From NCBI GenBank assembly GCA_001600815.1, contig BCKZ01000001.1, positions 1,583,389 to 1,647,388 on the forward strand: a stretch of DNA of 64,000 nucleotides, read 5' to 3'. The stretch comes from Alloascoidea hylecoeti (lineage: Eukaryota). Positions within the stretch are counted from its first letter, which is position 1. Each line of letters starts with the position of its first letter. The translations under genes and the position numbers were made by a program. Of this stretch, positions 57,987 through 64,000 are shown piece by piece. The notes beneath the pieces were generated by a model. That model made no database searches, was not told the DNA's origin, and saw nothing but the letters and a program-made list of their open reading frames with translations.

Positions 57987-59715
57987 CTACATTCTATTAT
58001 TGTTTCTATCGGCAGTTCGAGGTTTAGCTCGTATGATATTGTCAACTCTCAACAAGACCTCAGCAGCTTCAGAAGCACTTGAAACAACAGCCCTCTTCAA
58101 TTTATAACTTTCGACAATACCTAGTTCTCTCATATCTGCGACAACGCCATTATCAAGGTCCAAACCGGATGTAGTCATACCATTATAAATAGCGGATCTT
58201 AACTTAGTAACCAGCTCGCTTGAATCAAAACCTGAATTATCAGCGAGAATGGTGGGTAATTGACGCAAAGCTCTCGAAAAAGCTTCAATAGCTAACGCTT
58301 TCTTACCTTCTTCATTTTGTGCCTGTTGTTCAACTGCTTTTGACATGAGCATTTCGGAACAACCACCTCCTAAAACGGTTCTGGTTTCTCTGACTGTCTG
58401 GGATAATACAGATAAAGCGTCATGTAAGGATCTTTCAGCTTCATCTAAGATTTGTTCCGTAGCACCTCTAAGGACAATAGTGCAAGCCTGTCCAGCGGCG
58501 ACACCAACAAATTTTGTCATAATGTCCTCACCAATGATGACCTCTTCAATCAAATCACAGTGTCCTAGCTTAACTAATTCGGGCTTATCAAAAGTTGAAA
58601 CAACCTCACCACCAGTAACCAATGCTAAACGTTCAACACCCTCAAAATCAGCATGTTCTATTGAGTTTATTTTAGAATCAGTAAATAATTGTTCAGGCCA
58701 GTTGTAAATCAATTGTCTATTGACAAAACAATTTATACCAAAACTTTTAATTTTTTCGACCTTATTCTTCAATTTCTCTTTTTCAGCCTTTTCTAAAGCA
58801 GCCAATTTACTTGTTGAATCGACTTTAAATTTTGCTCCAAAAATCTTTACCTTATCTGTATCCATAGGCGTATTAGCAATTAATATTTTAGCATTTGTTA
58901 TCTTTTTTGGCTGATTAACACCAAATCTTTTATTTAAAATGAAACCTTCATCCAAGAAAGAATCAGATAGTTTTCCACCAATAATCTTAATGATTTGAAT
59001 GTGATCAAGATTTGTACTACCTTTTAATCTCAAAACAGCATCAACTGCTAATTTTGAGAATTGTATTTTGTCTTGACTTAAGACCTTTGAAGACAATGTT
59101 GTTTTTGCAATATTGATTAAATCTTCACGGAAAAGATTAGGATCTTGAGCATGATCGACTGCCGCCTTTTCTAGAGCTGACAAAGCTGTTTTGCTAGCAA
59201 TTCTGAAACCCTCAATAATTGTTTGTGGATGGATCTTTTTATCAACCAATTTTTCGGCTTCACGCAATAATTCGGCAGACAGAACGGTGACAGAAGTTGT
59301 ACCATCACCAATTTCATCGTCTTGAACTTTTGAAATGTTGACTAGAACCTTAGCAGCAGGATTGTCCAAAGGAATTGCTTTGAGAATCGTAGCACCATCA
59401 TTGGTAACTAATGTTTCACCAGTTGAACCTGACTGTAATAGTTTGTCCATTCCTTTTGGTCCTAAAGTAGTCTTGACAAGGTCACCAACAGCAATGGCTC
59501 CAACAAAGGTTGAAAGACGGGCATTCTCTGCTCTTTCTTCAGTAACCTGATTTCCAAAAATATTAAGTGACTAAAAAATAACAAATTAGCATTCAAATCA
59601 AAGAATAAAATGAAATCGAAATCAATGGAAGGTTCCTAAAATCAGAAAAAAATGAGATTCAAGTCTGGACACCTTTAAATTTATTAGGATAAAGAATAAC
59701 GTAAATACACACCAT
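57987..59715 (-). CDS. CCT2: CCT/TRiC chaperonin beta subunit; ATG-only first coding exon 59715-59713, intron 59571-59712
   Basis: [59 protein letters not shown]. The intron reads GTGTGT...GCTAAT...TAG. Confidence 0.95.
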
Positions 59716-59829
59716 CTTGATATTGTTACTTATTAACTGCTTTTCAAAAGAAATCTGTGATATTGATGAAAATTTGTGAAAAAGATCCTTTTTCCAGATT
59801 CTGAAAAGATGTGTACAAAAGCATCATAA

Positions 59830-60044
59830 TCACGTGTCATCATACACCCCAACACACAAATATACAAATTGTGATGATATTTTATAAATCTTCCTTTAGT
59901 TATTGATTTTGGGGGATTTGAATCTTATAGAAATTTTCTGACAGTTTTTTTAAAGTATCAATTTATTTAAGGGCTTACTATAGTAGTAATTGATGCTTAT
60001 TGTCCCATATTCACACGTTCGTGAATTATAAGGTTAAGACGCGA
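59830..60044. promoter_or_regulatory. CCT2/PMS1 divergent promoter with TCACGTG (59830) and MCB-like ACGCGA (60039)
   Basis: Motifs seen directly. PMS1 is MCB-regulated in S. cerevisiae. Confidence 0.4.
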
Positions 60045-60075
60045 CTGAATATACTCATATTTCAACTTCTTCATA

Positions 60076-62829
60076 ATGTCATCCAAAATACAGGCAATAT
60101 CTTTGGGCTCTGTTCATAAGATAACTTCTGGACAAGTTATAGTTGATTTAAATTCGGCAGTGAAAGAGCTGGTGGAAAACAGTTTAGATGCTGGCGCGTC
60201 TTCAGTCGATATTCGTTTACACAATCACGGGGCAGATCTTATTGAAGTAATAGATAATGGTTCAGGAATAACAAAAGAGAATTATGATTCCATTGCTTTA
60301 AAACATTATACATCCAAACTAAGAGATTATGAGGACTTAAACAACGTACAAACTTTTGGATTCAGAGGAGAAGCTATGAGCTCACTTTGTGCTGTTTCAC
60401 AAGTTTCGATAATAACTGCGACATTATTGGAAACACCAAAAGCACACAAATTAGAATTTGATAATACTGGGAAAATAATTCGGAAATCAATCGTTTCTGG
60501 CTTGAAGGGTACTCATGTAACTGCTGCTAATTTATTTTCCACCATACCAGTTCGAAGGAAAGATTTCGTGAAAAATTCTAGAAGGGAATTTAATAAAGTA
60601 CTTGCATTGTTACAAGCATATGCTATTATTGCAACAAATGTGAAGTTTACCGTCTCCCATACTACTAAACCGAAGGATGAAAATAATAGGAATGGGAGGA
60701 CATCAACTGGAAGGAAGAGTGTTTTAATATCATCTAGAGGCAACACTCATATTTCAGATAACATTATAAACATTTATGGAGCTTCCGGGATGAAAGGTTT
60801 AACTTCTTTAGATCTGAAATTGACTATTCCAATATCCCGAAGATTTCGGCAATCACTTTTGAAAAATACAGCAATTGACACAAACGATCCTAATTCTATG
60901 ATTATGAATCTAAATGGCTATATATCAGAACCATCTTTCGGTCAAGGCCGTACATCAATTGATAGACAATTACTCTTTATTAACTCTCGACCGGTATCTT
61001 TGCCTCAAGTTACGAAGGTGTTTAACGAAGTCTATAAAATGTTCAATCATTTGCAATATCCTGTTATCATCGTTGATTTGAAAATGCAAGCCTGTTGTTA
61101 TGACGTTAATGTTACTCCAGATAAAAGGACAATCCTTATACACGAAGAAGCCAATTTTCTTGGAGAATTAAGAGAAAGTTTAATTCAATATTTTGAAAAA
61201 TTTGGTCATATTATCCCAAAGAGTGATAATATAAAGTCAAAGGGAAACATCAAACAATCCAGTTTGTTTGGTAATAGTTTGAAAGGGTTTTCTTTGACTA
61301 GTGATTCTAACATCAATACCGGAAATGGTGTTAAAGACATAACTCAAAATATAAAACAAATATATAAGAAAAGAGAGGAGTCACAAGAAGGTCTTAAAAA
61401 GCAAGAATACACTGAAAAGGAGGAGGAGGAAGAAGAAGAGCCGCGAACTGACCCTCATCACATTATGGATGACGATTATAACGAATCTACGCCAGCAACG
61501 TCAAGCATTCAACCAGAGACGTATTCGCATAAGAAGAACCGCAAATTATCATCGTCGGAGACATTAGAATCAGAAACTCCCACTAAGAGAAAAAGATTGG
61601 ATTTAAAACGAATTAATCTCTCTTCATTTAAAAATTTTGATGGTACACTTACATCTTCACATACTTCAGACCTTAATGAAGAACCTATTTATATTAATAT
61701 TGGTAATGTGGCAATTGAGGAAAATTCTCCTAGGAAATTGAGAAGATTTTTGCCGATAGGTTACAAACCACATTTGAGAGAAAAATCTATTGAAAGTCTA
61801 AGGTCGGATGAGGATGGAGATGAAGAGAGTGGGCCTGATAATATTATAGAAACTATATCCAACAATGATATTGAGCGGGAATATGACCACGATTCTAATT
61901 GCTCTTGCAGTCATAAAGAAGATACAGGGTGTTTGCCTTCATCTCCTCCAAAGAATAGTCATACTCCACTATTTGGAAACAATACACTAAAACAACGAGT
62001 GGATTGCAGCATAAACCTTTCCAAATCCTCAATTATTAACTCATTCAAAAAGCATTATATTAAAGAAATACTGGTATCCAATAATACAGAATATACAAAT
62101 ATAAACCAAGCGATTAAGATTTTTGATATATCACAAAGTGAAGATGCAGAGAATCAACTCTCAATGACAATCTCCAAGAAAGATTTCAAATCTATGAAAA
62201 TTGTTGGACAATTCAACCTTGGTTTCATTCTTGCAACTAAAAGAAGTGAAAAATCTCTTATAGCTAATCAAGGAATACATGATGATAAGAAGATGGACTT
62301 GTTTATTATTGATCAACATGCCTCTGATGAAATCTACAACTTTGAAAGACTCCAACGGGAGACTACATTTCGAAATCAACCTTTAGTTATTCCCAAGATA
62401 CTTGAATTGAGTCCTGCTGATGAGCTTATTATCACCTCTAATATAGATGTATTTCTTAGAAATGGGTTTCGATTGAAGATTCATGAGTCAAACCCACCAG
62501 GCTCAAAAGTAGAATTAAAGACAATCCCTTTCTCAAAAAATGTGATATTTGATGAGAGAGATTTATATGAATTGATTCATTTGATTTCCGAAAGTCATGG
62601 ATCAACATATTCGATTCGGTGTTCCAAAGTTCGAAAGATGTTTGCTTCAAGAGCATGTCGGAGTAGTATTATGATAGGAAAACATTTAAATAAAACTAAA
62701 ATGGAAACTGTTGTTGGTCATTTAGGGGAGCTAGAAAAACCTTGGAATTGTCCACATGGAAGGCCTACAATGAGACATTTAATGGAATTTAGTAAATGGA
62801 ATGAGTTTACAAAGGATACATTGCCATGA
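60076..62829 (+). CDS. PMS1: MutL-family mismatch repair endonuclease
   Basis: VKELVENSLDAG, DNGSGI, TFGFRGEA, DQHASDEIYNFE, ASRACRSSIMIG, PWNCPHGRPTMRHL. Confidence 0.97.
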   Translation: MSSKIQAISLGSVHKITSGQVIVDLNSAVKELVENSLDAGASSVDIRLHNHGADLIEVIDNGSGITKENYDSIALKHYTSKLRDYEDLNNVQTFGFRGEAMSSLCAVSQVSIITATLLETPKAHKLEFDNTGKIIRKSIVSGLKGTHVTAANLFSTIPVRRKDFVKNSRREFNKVLALLQAYAIIATNVKFTVSHTTKPKDENNRNGRTSTGRKSVLISSRGNTHISDNIINIYGASGMKGLTSLDLKLTIPISRRFRQSLLKNTAIDTNDPNSMIMNLNGYISEPSFGQGRTSIDRQLLFINSRPVSLPQVTKVFNEVYKMFNHLQYPVIIVDLKMQACCYDVNVTPDKRTILIHEEANFLGELRESLIQYFEKFGHIIPKSDNIKSKGNIKQSSLFGNSLKGFSLTSDSNINTGNGVKDITQNIKQIYKKREESQEGLKKQEYTEKEEEEEEEPRTDPHHIMDDDYNESTPATSSIQPETYSHKKNRKLSSSETLESETPTKRKRLDLKRINLSSFKNFDGTLTSSHTSDLNEEPIYINIGNVAIEENSPRKLRRFLPIGYKPHLREKSIESLRSDEDGDEESGPDNIIETISNNDIEREYDHDSNCSCSHKEDTGCLPSSPPKNSHTPLFGNNTLKQRVDCSINLSKSSIINSFKKHYIKEILVSNNTEYTNINQAIKIFDISQSEDAENQLSMTISKKDFKSMKIVGQFNLGFILATKRSEKSLIANQGIHDDKKMDLFIIDQHASDEIYNFERLQRETTFRNQPLVIPKILELSPADELIITSNIDVFLRNGFRLKIHESNPPGSKVELKTIPFSKNVIFDERDLYELIHLISESHGSTYSIRCSKVRKMFASRACRSSIMIGKHLNKTKMETVVGHLGELEKPWNCPHGRPTMRHLMEFSKWNEFTKDTLP

Positions 62830-62881
62830 TGATTTATATAAATACATATATTAAGGAGGTTTTAATCACTATTTTATCATG

Positions 62882-63976
62882 TCAAGCACAAACACCAACA
62901 CCTAAACCTCTAGTCCAATTATATGATCCCAAAGTAACAAGCACCATAATAAACGAAGTAATAATGGAAATAATAAAATACCTATATGCATATCTTAATT
63001 TCAATGTTGTTAATTCAACAACGAAAGTACTGATTGTAGATAAACCACCACAAAATCCATCACCCAAAGCACCCAAAACTTGGCAAGTGATTACATTAGT
63101 TACAAGTAGTGTTGATGACTTAGAGGCGGTTTTACCACGTTGTAATAAAATGAAAATGGCGAGTAATAAAGACGCCAAAACGTTAACAAAAAAGGTCCCC
63201 AGGGGAAATCCATGTATCTTTTTATTCCAATACTTTGAGACATAATATCTAATGAAAACGCCGAATGGATCCAACAAAGCTGATATTGTCCATTCTCTCC
63301 AACTGTGGATGCATACAGATAGAGCCAACAAGGCAACAGTAGAAAGAATACTTGAAATGATTAATATCATCTCTAACGGTCGGTAAATCTGTTTTAACGA
63401 AGGTAGAGATGGATCTATGCCTCGCATTAAATGTTTCCCCAACATCAAGCCAATTAAGGAAAGAGACATATGAGCAGCTAATGTAGCAATCCAATCCATA
63501 ATTCCATAGGCTCCATTTGGAAAGTTAAAGGGTTTGTTACTATTGTCAATGTTGGCAGCATATAGGAATGCCTCAGTCATCATGGAAGAAAATGTAGTTA
63601 TACTACCACAGAGCCCAGTTGTTAATCCCACATAAATAGGAATATCACTATTTGTATTGAATATTTGCTTCAAAAATAAAGAGCTTTTCTTGGGGACCGT
63701 TGATTCAATAGGTTTAGTATCTTGAAGCAGCTCCTTGAACAGAGAAGTATTCTGTATTAGTAGTCCCATTATAAAACTCCCTGTGAAGTTTGCCCAAATA
63801 ACGCCTTTTAAATAGGCCCCATCATATGTTGTTAACACGGTTAAACCTTTCCTAGCTAAAAGACCGACAATTCCAAAGAAGTTTAATGTCAACAATAACT
63901 TTATCTCTTTAACAACCCGATTGTTTTTGGAATGAGGGGGGTTGTTTGAACCTTCTTGGCTATTGTTATTAATCAT
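62882..63976 (-). CDS. FEX1: Fluoride exporter (two fused CrcB/Fluc domains)
   Basis: ANFTGSFIMG, GLTTGLCGSITTFSS, PLGTFFVNV, DGFCGGLSTISTF. Confidence 0.92.
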   Translation of the reverse strand: MINNNSQEGSNNPPHSKNNRVVKEIKLLLTLNFFGIVGLLARKGLTVLTTYDGAYLKGVIWANFTGSFIMGLLIQNTSLFKELLQDTKPIESTVPKKSSLFLKQIFNTNSDIPIYVGLTTGLCGSITTFSSMMTEAFLYAANIDNSNKPFNFPNGAYGIMDWIATLAAHMSLSLIGLMLGKHLMRGIDPSLPSLKQIYRPLEMILIISSILSTVALLALSVCIHSWREWTISALLDPFGVFIRYYVSKYWNKKIHGFPLGTFFVNVLASLLLAIFILLQRGKTASKSSTLLVTNVITCQVLGALGDGFCGGLSTISTFVVELTTLKLRYAYRYFIISIITSFIMVLVTLGSYNWTRGLGVGVCA

Positions 63977-64000
63977 AGTGTAATTATAAATTATATGCTT

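Noticed and set aside
59871..59941. Possible box C/D snoRNA (GTGATGA...CTGA)
   Set aside because: No recognisable rRNA guide, weak terminal stem, and it lies in a short divergent promoter.

Overview
AT-rich eukaryotic (fungal) DNA. The gene set (KCS1, DAD1, HOR7-like, THI80, GH76, NET1-like, LSC1, BRL1, AXL2, HNT2, TSA1, MSS51, SFL1/MGA1-like HSF, BST1, CCT2, PMS1, FEX1) and several short spliceosomal introns with relaxed splice signals suggest an intron-richer budding yeast (Saccharomycotina; inference). Non-routine content: (1) a perfect inverted duplication of at least 1340 bp per arm with a 93-bp spacer at the window start, carrying two divergent copies of an atypical NEM1-like phosphatase (mirrored Ns, so an assembly artefact is a live possibility); (2) one tRNA-Gly(GCC) surrounded by four decayed, mutually homologous 3' fragments of an L1-like non-LTR retrotransposon, suggesting tRNA-associated insertion; (3) a decayed Tc1/IS630 transposase inside a 9.5-kb gene-free AT-rich stretch upstream of an HSF-family regulator; (4) apparent enrichment of short perfect palindromes in intergenic DNA; (5) a 9-nt microexon in HNT2. 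All identifications come from reading motifs by eye; no database search was run.
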